From contig OZ024741.1 in assembly GCA_964016885.1 (NCBI GenBank), positions 302,932,001 to 302,996,000 of the forward strand: a stretch of 64,000 nucleotides of DNA, written 5' to 3'. The stretch comes from Eledone cirrhosa (Eukaryota). The translations under genes and the position numbers were made by a program. A model generated the notes under the pieces. It searched no databases. It saw nothing but the letters and a program-made list of their open reading frames with translations, and was not told the DNA's origin. Shown piece after piece: positions 12,501-26,469 of the stretch. How positions within the stretch are numbered: position 1 is the first letter of the stretch; every line of letters begins with the position of its first letter.

Positions 12501-13505
12501 GGCTAAGGGTCGTTGGCAGTTTTGTATATCTTGGAAGCACTCTGAGTATGTCCTGCGATCTTGATGGGGAAATATCAAAAGCCAGTGATGCTTTTGGGAA
12601 ACTGAACAAGCGTCTCTGGTCTCAACACGGAATTTCGGTAAAGATAAGGCTCAAAGTGTATCATGCGTGTGTGCTCGCAGATGAAGCGACTTGAGAGGTT
12701 CCACCAGTACTGCTTACGTCGGATCCTCGGCATAACTTGGCAGATGTTTGTCAGTGACGCCGAGGTTCTGGACAAAAGTGGCTGTGATAGTGTCGAGTCC
12801 TTGATTTTGAAACATCAGCTGCGCTGGACAGGCCATCTTGTAAGGATGAATGACAAGCGAATGCCAAAGCAGCTGCTTTATGGTGAGCTACAAATGGGAA
12901 AAAGGAACGCGAGCAAACCCAAGATGCGTTTTAAGGACTGCATCAAGGGGACGCTCAAGAAAAGTAACATCCCTTGTGAGCACTGGGAAGCATGCGCTAG
13001 CGACCGACCGCATTGGAGGAAAGCAGTGGCTAGTGGCAAGAGTCTATTTGAGGAAACAAGAAGAAGGCACACGACAATAAAAAGAGATGTCCGGAAAGGA
13101 ATCCATGTTGGCCTTCCCGAAGGCACTGACAGACGGCTTGACCTGACATGTGAGACCTGTAATAGGGTTTGTCTGATCAAGACAGGTCTAAAGAGTCACC
13201 TGAGAGTGCACAAGAACAGGGAAGCAGGCACCTGTGGAGCTATAAGTGTTCATCAGACGACGACATGTAATGTTTGTGGAAGGGTATGCAGGTCGAGTAG
13301 TGATCTCACACGACACCTTGGGTCACATGGTACCATGGGCCCAGCACTAGGTGTCAATAATTGTCACAAGTGTAGTGTTTGTACCGGAGTTTTCAAGTCG
13401 CTGGCCGGACTAAAAAGCCACAATCGTTCAGCGCATCGGTAGGGGTTCTCCTACATGGATATAAAGTAGTGGCCGTACTCGAAAACGAGTTGGCAGCCAC
13501 CACCA
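9549..13505 (+). mobile_element. Full-length RTE-clade (BovB-like) non-LTR retrotransposon inserted in (ATGT)n
   Basis: 480-bp 5' UTR starting CAGGTCACCAG; single ORF with APE, RT and zinc fingers; short 3' UTR with ACTCG-AAAA-CGAGT stem-loop; (ATGT)n on both sides. Confidence 0.95.
10029..13442 (+). pseudogene. Disrupted RTE ORF: AP endonuclease + reverse transcriptase + 3 C2H2 zinc fingers
   Basis: APE motifs WNVRTL, ALSETR, YAPT, GDFNARVG, HLIDY; RT motifs KSPGLDG, NYRGISLL, FVDLTKAFD, GVKQG, LLYADD, YLGS; C-terminal CxxC...H...H x3. Split by frameshifts, a TGA at 11697 and small deletions. Confidence 0.92.
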
Positions 13506-13822
13506 TGTATGTATGTATGTATGTATGTATGTATGTATGTATGTATGTATGTATGTATGAATGTATGTATGTATGCATGTATACATGTATGTATGTATGT
13601 ATGTATGTATGTATGTATGTATGTATGTATGTATGTATACATGTATGTATGTTTGAATGTATGTATGCATTAATATATGTATGTATGTATGAATATATGT
13701 ATGTATGTTTTGCCTCTTTAAACTTTCAGTTTATTTTTGACCGGCCACCTTCCCGACGGCAAAGATCGTAAGAATCTTTTACAGATTTTGAAGATTCCAG
13801 ATAACGTGACGACGTACAAACA

Positions 13823-13898
<76 letters not shown>

Positions 13899-14069
13899 TA
13901 TAAAAATTTATATGTGTGTGTGTGTGTGCGGTTCTGTGTATGTATGCTGATCAACACTTCAAAAATTAATAATTTCTAATTTTTACGACTTTTTTACGAC
14001 AGTAAGTTTTAGTTTGAAAGAGTTGTGGCCGTTATTTGTTGGGCAGAGGATTCGTCGTTGGTTCGTTGG

Positions 14070-14141
<72 letters not shown>

Positions 14142-14186
14142 AAATGATATTAAATAAATGGAAATTATATTTATAAAACCATATTT

Positions 14187-14246
14187 ATTCTATTATATAT
14201 ATTTCAAGGGTACCAAAACCTTTGGTACGCTTTCATCAGATAAAAT
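14187..14246 (-). ncRNA. Hammerhead ribozyme motif (family B)
   Basis: AUUUUAU-CUGAUGA-AAGCGUACCAAA..UUUGGUACCCUU-GAAA-UAUAUA-UA-AUAGAAU; stems I, II and III all form. Confidence 0.75.
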
Positions 14247-14365
14247 ACAAAGTGTGTTTTATAAATTTTGACATAGTCAAGGAAAACATACCTTATTAGT
14301 TGAATTTTCCTTGGATAGTCCAAATGGGCAGTTGATTTCCATAATGTTCCAATTGACTCAATCAA

Positions 14366-14801
14366 TGGAACAGCCTACTTGTGAAATTAACGTACAAATG
14401 GCTAAACATATAACCTTTAACATAGTTCTCAGGGAGAGTCAGCGCTATATATATATACAGCTTTTACACAACTAGAATTGTTTCATTCGTATGAAATCAT
14501 CAGGAATGAAACAGTTCTAGTCCTGATAATGTTTACATTCAACTAATGTATTGAGTACGTTAGTAACTGTAGTTATCTCCGATTTAGCTTATATACTAAC
14601 GTACTAACGTACTCAATACATTAGTTGAATGTAAACATTATCAGGACTAGAGCTGTTTCATTCCTGATGATTTCATACGAATGAAACAATTCTACTTGTG
14701 TAAAAGCTGTATATATATATAGCGCTGACTCTCCCTGAGAACTATGTTAAAGGTTATAGGTTTAGCCATTTGTACGTTAATTTCACAAATAGGCTGTTCC
14801 A
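14366..14801. repeat. Long inverted repeat (~200-bp arms, ~40-bp spacer) containing a SINE fragment and a hammerhead insert
   Basis: 14366-14565 is the near-exact reverse complement of ~14604-14801. Confidence 0.9.
14661..14705 (+). ncRNA. Hammerhead ribozyme motif (family C); mirror copy at 14462-14506 (-)
   Basis: UUC-CUGAUGA-UUUC-AUAC-GAAU-GAAA-CA..UG-UA; same family at 27441 and 50783. Confidence 0.6.
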
Positions 14802-14915
14802 GCACATAGACATTACATTTATTTATTTAATCTCTTTCACTCTCTCTGTCTCTCTCTCTCACTTTGTCTGTCTGTATGTATCTGTATGCCTGTCAGTCTC
14901 TGTCTCTCTCTCTCT

Positions 14916-15042
<127 letters not shown>

Positions 15043-15569
15043 TGTGTTTGTGTGTGTGTGGTTGCTTTTCATTGATTGACTCTATTGCATTAAACTCAGC
15101 ACACTATACGTTAGGCGAGGGGGAAACGATTTATGGAAAAGAAAATAGAAAAAGAAAAAAAACCCCAAAACAGAGAGAATAGCGCGGAATCTTGTGATTA
15201 ACCGCTCGAACGCCTTACCCACCCAACTAAGGCATATCACTATCTTATGACATATCTCGCCTGACTCAACTTTTGTTTTTCATAGCCAATTGTTTCGATA
15301 TTGGTTTCTGGAAAGACAAGACATTAACTTAGCTTATTCAGTAACTTGTTTAACCAAATGTTATTCGTTCTTATTTATTTGTTATAACTTTTAATAATTA
15401 GTTTTCCTACTAATTGTTTCAATGTGTTGGGCCAGTGAGGTCACAGAAATGACTAGCTGGCTTTATTAATTGTTTTATTGAGGAAGCCTTTACGTTGCCG
15501 CTTCGTCTTTTGTTTTTTGTTTTACTGCTTAATCTCCAGAACTGGCTGCTGGAAGACGGAAGGGTCTTC

Positions 15570-15764
15570 CAAACCGGCCAACTTCTAAAAACCCAAACGG
15601 GGTGTACCATGAAAAAAATTGCCCCCAAACGAGGAGAAATGAGGCAAAATGGGGAGATTTTACATAATGAAAACTATACTCATTTTCACACGAGACGACA
15701 TCTATCACTCACCCCAAAGTGGATGGGAGATCTCCCCGTCCGATGGGGAGAGTTGACAGGTCTG
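15570..15764. mobile_element. Short DNA-transposon MITE (second copy 46416-46795)
   Basis: Ends CAAACCGGCCAAC / GTTGACAGGTCTG; colinear with 46416-46795 once the SINE there is removed. Confidence 0.65.
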
Positions 15765-16494
15765 GTATTCAAACCGGAGACGTGACCCGGATACTTGAAA
15801 CAGTATAGATTGCGCTAAAAGGCATCGAAGGACCGTGTGGTGATTTAAGTAGCCCATGCTGGAATTTGAACTTAAAACGTCAAAAATCGAAATGAATACC
15901 ACAAACATATCCCATAGGACACTTCGACGGGTCCACCATGTCTACAGCTCCAGACTGGTTCTTTATCAATTCCAGAAAGATGAAAGGCAAAGTTAACCTC
16001 AGCGGGATTTGAAATACATTGATCAATGACTTATTTCAATTCTATGTGTATATTTTGAGTGATTTAGGTGTTATTTCTAGCCGACCTGGCATCTTCAGAT
16101 TGTCTTTTTCAAAAGCAGAAAGAGTTGTTTATTTACAAATTATCTTTACCAGTTGTTTTACCGGGGAAAAGAAGCTGCATGAGGTGGAATGGCTGATGCA
16201 GTGGATGTCGCTAGCTGTTTTCAAGGACAAGGATTTCGGCATCTTGTACGTGGAGCACATCTGAGATCTACCACCCTGCCAACTGTGTAGAATTTACCAC
16301 ATTCCTTTCCCCTCCCCCTTATATATTTAATTTTCCATTTTCTTTTCTTACTTTTTTCTCTCTCCTTGTTCATTATTTAAATGTTTTTTTTAAACACTTA
16401 CAATATTGTATAGCGTAAATATGTAAATAAATATTGTTTTACATGTCATCCCAATAGTAGAATTGGAGAAGTATGAAAGAGATGAATAACAATT

Positions 16495-16582
<88 letters not shown>

Positions 16583-16699
16583 ACTACTTTTCCCATCTTG
16601 ACGTTATAGTCGCATATATGTTATAGAATACTATTAGCTTCTCGCTAAAACAATCTCTATACCTCTCATTTATATATATATATATATATATATATATGC

Positions 16700-16829
<130 letters not shown>

Positions 16830-16837
16830 CTATCTAT

Positions 16838-16921
<84 letters not shown>

Positions 16922-17202
16922 CTAGTAGTTACACTAAATTTTATAATTGGGAGAAGAGTTACTGATGTAGATTAATCAGATGATAGTCGTTGTTGTTCTC
17001 TTTGTGTAACTAAATGTTTTATTAGTTGTTCCGTTGTGTAAATGTCTATGTAGAGAGGAGGGTATTCCCTTGGGAATAGAAATGAGTAATGGGTTTAAAC
17101 AGTTGCTTTTAACAATTGTTTCAATATACATATCTGTATGTATGTATACACACACGCGCTCACACACATACACACACATATATATATATACAAACACACG
17201 CT

Positions 17203-17254
<52 letters not shown>

Positions 17255-17268
17255 CACGCACACACGTG

Positions 17269-17337
<69 letters not shown>

Positions 17338-17339
<2 letters not shown>

Positions 17340-17500
17340 GCGCGTTGGCATAGTCGTTAGAATATCAAATACAATGGTTTGCAGTATTCGTTCCGGCTCT
17401 CTGAGTTCAAATTCACGCCTATGTCTTTCATCCTAACTCTGCTTTTCATCCTTTTGAGATTGATAAATCCAGTACCAGTTCAGTACTGGGGTAGATTCTC
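17338..17500 (+). mobile_element. SINE family 1, diverged copy
   Basis: B-box ctgagttcaaatt and core ttttcatccttttgagattgataaa. Confidence 0.6.
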
Positions 17501-17661
17501 TCCCACCCTCCTCTCTCTCTCTCTCTCTCTCTCTCATTCGCCTTCCTTTTCTCTGAAAATATTCGGCTAATTCAGACATGTTCAGGTCAATTTGGAACAG
17601 AAGGCAAGATTACGTCTACGGTGTCAACAATATATGCATGTGTAACTACATGCACACACAA

Positions 17662-17717
<56 letters not shown>

Positions 17718-17830
17718 ACACAACACACACACACACGGTTTCAACGAAATTAGGCGTGATTGCTATAGATTTTGTAGTAGGCCCTCATCGCATAAGGTTC
17801 CCTCAAATATTCTTCTCAGGCTATAGAGTC

Positions 17831-17854
<24 letters not shown>

Positions 17855-17862
<8 letters not shown>

Positions 17863-18339
17863 GTAAACGGAATAGAAAATGCTGACAAATTGTTCACAGT
17901 TGAAAAATGGTTTAATTAGGAATAAAAGAGTATTAGTGATTGTATGGGTTAGTATTCAGTTGTGGTTTTAAGTTTTTAAGTTTTTACCGGTTGCGCATTT
18001 CTAAATGCTTTTCAAAAATAATTTTGAGATAGAGTGTCCGTGCTGTTTGCTCTGATCTGATTAGTTTTGGGAATTCTACCTGTTTTTATGTTAAAAAAAT
18101 GGCTCCAGCGTTATTTTTGTGTTGTAAAAATGCTTGTGGTCAAAACAATTTTGATTGGTCGGTAGAGGTCATGTGAATGTAAAAAGTTGATTTTGCGCCA
18201 AGACTGTTTTTATGTTAAAATGTTAGAAAAGTGGCTCCAGCAAAGATTATGGTCAAAACAATTTTGATTGGTCGGTAGAGGTCATGTGGATAAAAAATTG
18301 GTTTTGCGCCAAGATTGAGAAATGACTCTTTCACAACAA

Positions 18340-18395
<56 letters not shown>

Positions 18396-18801
18396 TAGTA
18401 GTAGTAAGGTATTCGATGCTGCGACAATAGCCACCAGCGATGTGTGTCAAATGGCTATTAAGATAAGTGTGTGTGTGTGTGTGTGTGTGTGTGCGTACAT
18501 ACACACAGCAGAGTCATTCGAAGGTCAAAAGATATTTTTCAGCTTTTGTCTTATACGGAGAAGTGCGTGTGTGTGTGTGTGTATAAGTCTCTTTGTATGT
18601 TGATGTACGCGTGTGTATGTGTCTGTGTATATATGTGTGTGTGTGTGTGTGTGCGTGTGTGGGTGGACCAGTATTTTTTCCCCCCCCTGGTAAAATGGTG
18701 TACATTATTCGATTTTTTCAGTAAAATCGGTTCTCTTAATAGAACATCAACAATCTTAACAATAAAAGGTGTGAAATGATATTCACTATATACACATATA
18801 T

Positions 18802-18837
<36 letters not shown>

Positions 18838-20614
18838 TTTCACTACATACATATATATATATATATACATATATACGTACATATATATGCACATATATTT
18901 TTTTGTATTGCACCATAGAGCATGTGTGTTTACGTGTGTCATTGTGTTTATATGTGGGTAGAGATGTGTGCTGATGTAGGTATGTATGTTGACGTGTGTA
19001 TGTTGTGGGTTCGTCTTAGGGAGAAGTGTTTAGACGGGGTCCGTATTTGTTAATGAAGTAAGATTCCTTGCTGATGCGCTGGGTGTGGGTGGCATTATCT
19101 TTAAATTTGTAGAGGGGAAAGATTCTGAAGTTGGGATGATTTTGGGCGGCGCAGGTATCAATGTGTTCACTCAGTGGTATTTTCCTGTATTCCCGTATTT
19201 TAATTTGGGATCTATGGACAGTCATGCGTTGGCGGAGGCTGTTTTTGGTCTGGCCTATGTATTGTTCTCGACAACCTGAACAAGTTAATACATATATTAA
19301 ATTTTCCGATGCACATGTGAAATTGTGTTTTACTATAAAACGTTGTCCATCTTTGAAATAGAATTCCGAACCCTCTATTAGGTTGATGCAAATGCCACAG
19401 TTGGGTCTATCGCATTTTTTTACTGTGGGTTTCGTTGTTGTGGTTGGCAGTACTTTGGCATGTGTTAAGATGTTTTTCATTGACTTGGATTGTCTTTTGC
19501 TTTTTATGATATCGTGTGTTCGTAGAATTTGGTTCATTCTATGGTCCTTTTTCAATACAGGGATGTTCTGGAGGATGGTGTCAAAGGCCTCGTTGTTGAG
19601 GGGGTTGTGTGTGGAGATGTATGGAAGAGCTTTTAGTTTTGGTTGATTTACTTTAGGGTGTCTAAGGTCCTGGGTACTGAGTTTTAGGGCACGTTGGATT
19701 CCATTGTCAATTAGTGATGCAGGGTAGTCCCTGCCTATGAGTGTGTCCTTTAGTTCTTGTAGCCGTAAGTAGCAGATGTTTTTATTGGAGACTATAGTAC
19801 AGATTCTCTTGGCTAAGTTGTAGGGAATATTAATTTTAACGTGTCTAGGGTGGCAAGAGTTGAAGGGGAGGTATTGCTTGGAGTCTGTGGGCTTGTAGTA
19901 TATGTCTGTTTCTATTTTTTTGTTATGGATCTTAATGAGGATGTCGAGGAAGGGGAGTTGTTGATGGTTGTATTCCATTGTGAAGTTAATATTTGTGTTG
20001 AGCCCATTTATAAGGGTGTGAAATTCTTTAAGTTTTTCGATGTTTTCGTGCCAAAGGATGAAGCAGTCATCAAGATATCGCTTCCAGTTCCTTTCAATGT
20101 GTAAGTGGAGGGTGTTTCCAAATTTGTTTAGGACTTTAGAATTTTTTATCCACATGACCTCTACCGACCAATCAAAATTGTTTTGACCATAATCTTTGCT
20201 GGAGCCACTTTTCTAACATTTTAACATAAAAACAGTCTTGGCGCAAAATCAACTTTTTACATTCACATGACCTCTACCGACCAATCAAAATTGTTTTGAC
20301 CACAAGCATTTTTACAACACAAAAATAACGCTGGAGCCATTTTTTTAACATAAAAACAGGTAGAATTCCCAAAACTAATCAGATCAGAGCAAACAGCACG
20401 GACACTCTATCTCAAAATTATTTTTGAAAAGCATTTAGAAATGCGCAACCGGTAAAAACTTAAAAACTTAAAACCACAACTGAATACTAACCCATACAAT
20501 CACTAATACTCTTTTATTCCTAATTAAACCATTTTTCAACTGTGAACAATTTGTCAGCATTTTCTATTCCGTTTACCAATATATAATAACTTGTGTGTTA
20601 CACCTCTATTCTTT

Positions 20615-20618
<4 letters not shown>
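17855..20618 (-). mobile_element. 5'-truncated Penelope-like element (Neptune-like) with inverted terminal repeat and tail
   Basis: RT + GIY-YIG ORF; 17855-18299 is the reverse complement of 20140-20584; 33-nt extension at 20586-20618; (TA)n flanks. Confidence 0.9.
19016..20139 (-). CDS. PLE ORF C-terminal part: RT (RYLDD) + thumb + Cys linker + GIY-YIG endonuclease; 5' truncated
   Basis: WKRYLDDCF, LPFLDI, TDIYYKPT, SCHPRH, CDRPNCGIC, NLIYVLTCSGCREQYIGQT...LRQRMTVH, ESYFI...LN; uninterrupted frame. The MWIK start in the ORF track comes from the inverted repeat. Confidence 0.9.
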
Positions 20619-20653
<35 letters not shown>

Positions 20654-20689
20654 AGTGAAAACGATCAAATTTTAGTTTAGAACATTTAT

Positions 20690-20738
20690 TTGTTGACAAT
20701 TGTTTCTTCCGGAGGGAGGTCTGGAATCATCGGAGCAT
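20690..20738 (-). ncRNA. Hammerhead ribozyme motif, CCGAUGA core variant
   Basis: CCGAUGA-UUCC-(12 nt)-GGAA-GAAA-CAAUU-GUC; stem III region ACAAUUGU is palindromic. Confidence 0.6.
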
Positions 20739-21429
20739 AGGGAATGTCGAAACATGTGACTAAAATCCTAGTCATTCAGACATTTAGGGTACATACTTGT
20801 TGTTAGTGTCATAGGCCGTCATGTGGAGAGTCAGGAGTTAAACAGATATGCTTGAGAGAACACAATTACAGGTATAAGCAAAAAGTACAGGCAAAGAAGT
20901 TAAAAGTTATAAGCAAGGAAGAGTGGTGTACAATGCAGGAGTCAATGCCTTATTGACTGTATTGACTCCTGCATTGTACAATGCAGGAGTCAATACACAC
21001 ACACACATACAATAAAATTATAAAAACACATATATAAGTATGTACACATAAGCCTGTCTGCATATGCGCCCACATACAATCTTATGTGAGTACACTTAAA
21101 AACCTAGTGGGTAAGTAATGGCAAGGGGGAGTAAAACTGAGATCAATTAATAAAAACCATTTATAAGAACAGGTAAGGGAGAAAAGAGGTGTAAAAGTTG
21201 TAGTAGAGAGTGAGTGTTTGTGATGAGATCTGGATATGGGTATATAGTTAAAAAGTGATCTGGGTGAAGGTGGTGGGTGTGTATGTGTTAAAGGTATGGT
21301 AGAACATGGGGGGGGGGGGGGGTTATAAGTCAAATGAGAAAAAAAAATAGAAAAAGATGATGGAGAAAAAGTATATATTGGTAGAAAGTATGTGTTTATA
21401 AGGTGATGATATTGGTAGTGAGTGGAAGT

Positions 21430-23336
21430 TAAGGACATGGCCAACTTCGAAATAGACCTAGTTAACTTGATTAATGAATTAAAATACCGTAAGTACAACA
21501 ACAATTTTCAATCCAAATTCTTTAACGACATTTCTAATGTTAAACACTCTACAAATACTTTCGCTTTTTCTGACAAAACCAAAAATCTTTTTGAAGTAAA
21601 TAACAATTCGCATAACCAACTATTAACAGATAGCATTACGGCTAAATATCAAATAGCTAACATTAAAACTTACAATACCATTAATAATGAAGCTAAAGCC
21701 CTACTTTAAAAATTGATAACCGGATTGAAAGCCTAGTTAAACGTAAAGCATATACTACCCCTAAAGACCATAAATTAGACTTTACTAATCGACCCGTTTG
21801 TAGACTAATCAACCCTGCTAAATCTGAAATTGGCCTTGCGAGTAAAAAAGTCTTAAGAAAAATAATACTTCAAATAAGAACTATGACTGACTTATCTCAA
21901 TGGTTAAATACATCCTCTGTTATTTCTTGGTTTAATAATATACAAGGAAAAAATAAGTGTATATTTACCCAATTTGATATTGTTGATTTTTACCCCTCTA
22001 TCACAGAATCCTTATTAACTAAAGCCTTAGATTTTGCTAGACTTTTCATTAATATTTCTAAATTAGAAGAAGACGTTATCTTTCATGCCAGGAAAACACT
22101 ACTCTTTGCTAATGAAGGCACTTGGGTTAAAAAATCAAGCCCTGAAAACTCTTTTGATGTTGCGATGGGCTCATATGATAGTGCCGATGTGTGCGTCTTA
22201 GTAGGATTATTCCTCCTCCACACTCGTAAAGAGAAATTTCCTTTAAAACTGAGACGATGGTTTGGCAGTTTCTCATACCACCAACGGCCATAACCTTGAT
22301 AAATTCCGTAAAGACTTAATCAATAACTTTGTTAACCTTAAAATTACTATAGATACGAATCTTACTAATACTAACTTTCTTGATATCAATCTTGACCTAC
22401 TTACCGCCTCTTTTAAACCTTATCATAAACCTAATGAAAATTTAAGATATATACACAAGGAGTCTTGCCATCCCCCTATAGTCTTTAAAAATCTTATTCC
22501 TAACATTAGCCGTAGGATTTCTACCTTATCTTCGTCTATAGACATTTTTAACAAAGCCGCGCCTTATTTTAATAAGGCTCTCAATAACAGCGGCTTCGCC
22601 GAACAAATTAAATATTTACCTACTCCTCTTTCTAACACTAAACACAATAACAGGAAAAGAAAATTATTTGGTTTACACACCCCCTTCTCTCTAACTGTTA
22701 AAACTAACGTAGGAAGAAAATTCCTCGATCTTCTAGACAAACATTTTCCCCCTAATCATAGATATAATAAGATATTCAATAGAAATGTAGTTAAAATCAG
22801 CTACTCTTGCTGCCCATCAATAAAAACTAAAATTACCAACTCTAATGGTACTAGAGTAAATCCAGGATGCAGTTGCAGGAAGCCGGAAAAATGCTCATTA
22901 CAGGGTAAATGTAATACCAAATCTATTGTGTATGAGGCTAAATTGACACCGATGATTAATAACCAGCCAGCCAGGAGTGAACGATATGTTGGCATGAGTC
23001 AGGACAGATTTAAAACTAGGTACTATGCATATGTCGCTTCTTGCAAACACCCTGAAAAAAGAACAGCAATGGCGCTGGCAAATAAAGTGTGGGAGTTTAA
23101 AGAAAAACATTCCGTACACTATTGATTGGTCTATTTTAGACCATTCAAGAGAATACCAAAGGGGCACAAAGAAATGTTCTTTGTGTACTACGGAAAAATT
23201 TAGAATTCTCCAAAACTTGAAAACCCCTCCCACTTGTCTCAACTCTAAGACCGAGATCTTTAGATGTTGTCCGCACCTGAAATCGCATCTACTTTTTAAC
23301 TGGATTAACACACCAACGATTACTCAACCACCTTGA
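21430..23336 (+). pseudogene. Frameshifted PLE ORF: RT + CxCx5C linker + GIY-YIG
   Basis: SDKTKN, KDHK...CRLINPAKSEIG, QFDIVDFYPSI, FDVAMGSYDSADVC, NFLDI, PYHKPN, SCHPP, CSCRKPEKC, IVYEA...RYVGMS, CSLCTTEK...LNSKTE...CPH. Confidence 0.85.
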
Positions 23337-23797
23337 GCTCCTTCTTTACTTATCACGCCTTCCACTCACTACCAATATCATCACCTTATGAACACATACT
23401 TTCTACCAATATATACTTTTTCTCCATCATCTTTTTCTATATATATATTTTTTTTCATTTGACTTATAACCACCCTCCCTATTTTCTACCACACCTTTAA
23501 CATATACACACCCACCACCTTCATCCTTTACCTAGATCACTTTTTAACTATATACCCTTATCCAGATCTCATCACAAACACTTACTCTGTACTACAACTT
23601 TTACACCTCTTTTCTCCCTTACCTGTTCTTATAAATTGTTTTTATTAATTGATCTCAGTTTTACTCCCCCTTGTCCTTACTTACCCACTAGGTTTTTAAG
23701 TGTACTCACATAAGGTTGTATGTGGGCGCATATGCAGACAGGTTTATGTGTACATATACGTGTTTTTATTATTTTATTGTATGTGTGTGTGTGTGTA

Positions 23798-24416
<619 letters not shown>

Positions 24417-24786
24417 TATATATGTGTATATATATAAGTGTGTGTGTATATATATGTATGTGTATGTATACGCGTATTTATAAGCATAGGGATATGTATT
24501 TTGTCGGTTATTCAACAAAAATATATAATTTTAACTGATTCGAAACAGTCGACAGATCTTCTGGAGTATAATATCATTTGTTCATTCTTTCATTTTTTCA
24601 TTTATTGGTACCCCCCCCCCCTTTTTATATTCCCACCTGCGAGCGTGTGTTTATTTATAGTTTGTCTGCCTATATGTTTATGCACACACACACACACGTG
24701 TATGTGTGTGTATGTATACATGTGTATGTGTATATATATATATGTGTGTGTATATAAGTATATATATATATATGTGTGTGTGTATA

Positions 24787-24847
<61 letters not shown>

Positions 24848-25141
24848 ATGTATATATGTTTTTGTATATATGTGTATGTGTGTATGGATTTACGTATATG
24901 TTTATATGGTTGCGTGTGTTGATTTTTTATTGCGTGCGTATGTGCGCGCGCGTATATATACGTATGTACGTGGGTTATGTACCTTTGAGATTCATCTATC
25001 TAATTTATTGTAGGTTTTTTTTGTATGTGTATGTATGTGGATGTGTGTATATGTGTGTATGTATGTGTATATATATATGTGTGTGTGTGTGTGTATATGT
25101 ATATATATATATGTATGCATATATATATATGTATGTATATA

Positions 25142-25187
<46 letters not shown>

Positions 25188-25237
25188 TGTGTGTGTGTGT
25201 TTGTGTGTGTATAGGTATATATACATGTATATGTGTG

Positions 25238-25269
<32 letters not shown>

Positions 25270-25299
25270 GTTATGTAATAAACAACATAAGATAATTAT

Positions 25300-25356
25300 T
25301 TCATTTACCAGTGGTTTCTTGAAGATATTATGTCTGTCTTCAGTCGTCAGAATGAA
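25300..25356 (-). ncRNA. Hammerhead ribozyme motif
   Basis: UUCAUU-CUGACGA-C-UGAAGA..UCUUCA-A-GAAA-CCACUGG-UA-AAUGAA. Confidence 0.8.
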
Positions 25357-25367
25357 TAAAAATGAAT

Positions 25368-25454
<87 letters not shown>

Positions 25455-26045
25455 TGAATTTTTTGTTCTTATTTATTTATTTAGTTATTGTTGTTTCTAA
25501 ACTACTTCCCAATGATTCGTACATATTGATACGTGCTTGTACATGTGTAGATATGTATGTATATGTATGTATGTGTATGTATGTATATATATATGTGTGT
25601 GTATATATGTGTGTGTATATATATATGTATTTGTGTATGTGTGTGTGTGTGTATGTGTATATTAAATGATAGCGCAAGGTAAATTAAAATGATAAAAGGT
25701 CTTCAAAATATTTTTAATTAAACATACGGTATATTGCCAAATATACTATACATACATTCATGTATACATCGCTATTTCAGAGCACCAATTATAATTTTTA
25801 ATTTTCCTGGACCGGCAATCGCTCTGTATAATCAGTTCTTGATTATTACTGGAATTCTATAAGAATCCAGCCTGTATAATTTCCGAGGAACACCAACTGT
25901 GAAACAGAATCTATCAGTTTCTTTCCTTTCCTTTACCGAAAAAAGAAGTAAGTGACTTAGTCACTACTTTAAAAATGATAGCGCAAGGTCTTCAAAATGT
26001 TTTTAACTAAACATATAGTATATTGACAAATATACTATACATGCA

Positions 26046-26469
<424 letters not shown>

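Noticed and set aside
13147-13442. Host C2H2 zinc-finger gene
   Set aside because: The fingers are in frame with the RTE post-RT region and followed directly by the LINE 3' end; there are no TGEKP linkers.
16019-16264. 81-aa ORF as a possible host exon
   Set aside because: It overlaps a diverged interspersed repeat; no recognisable protein motif or supported splice structure.
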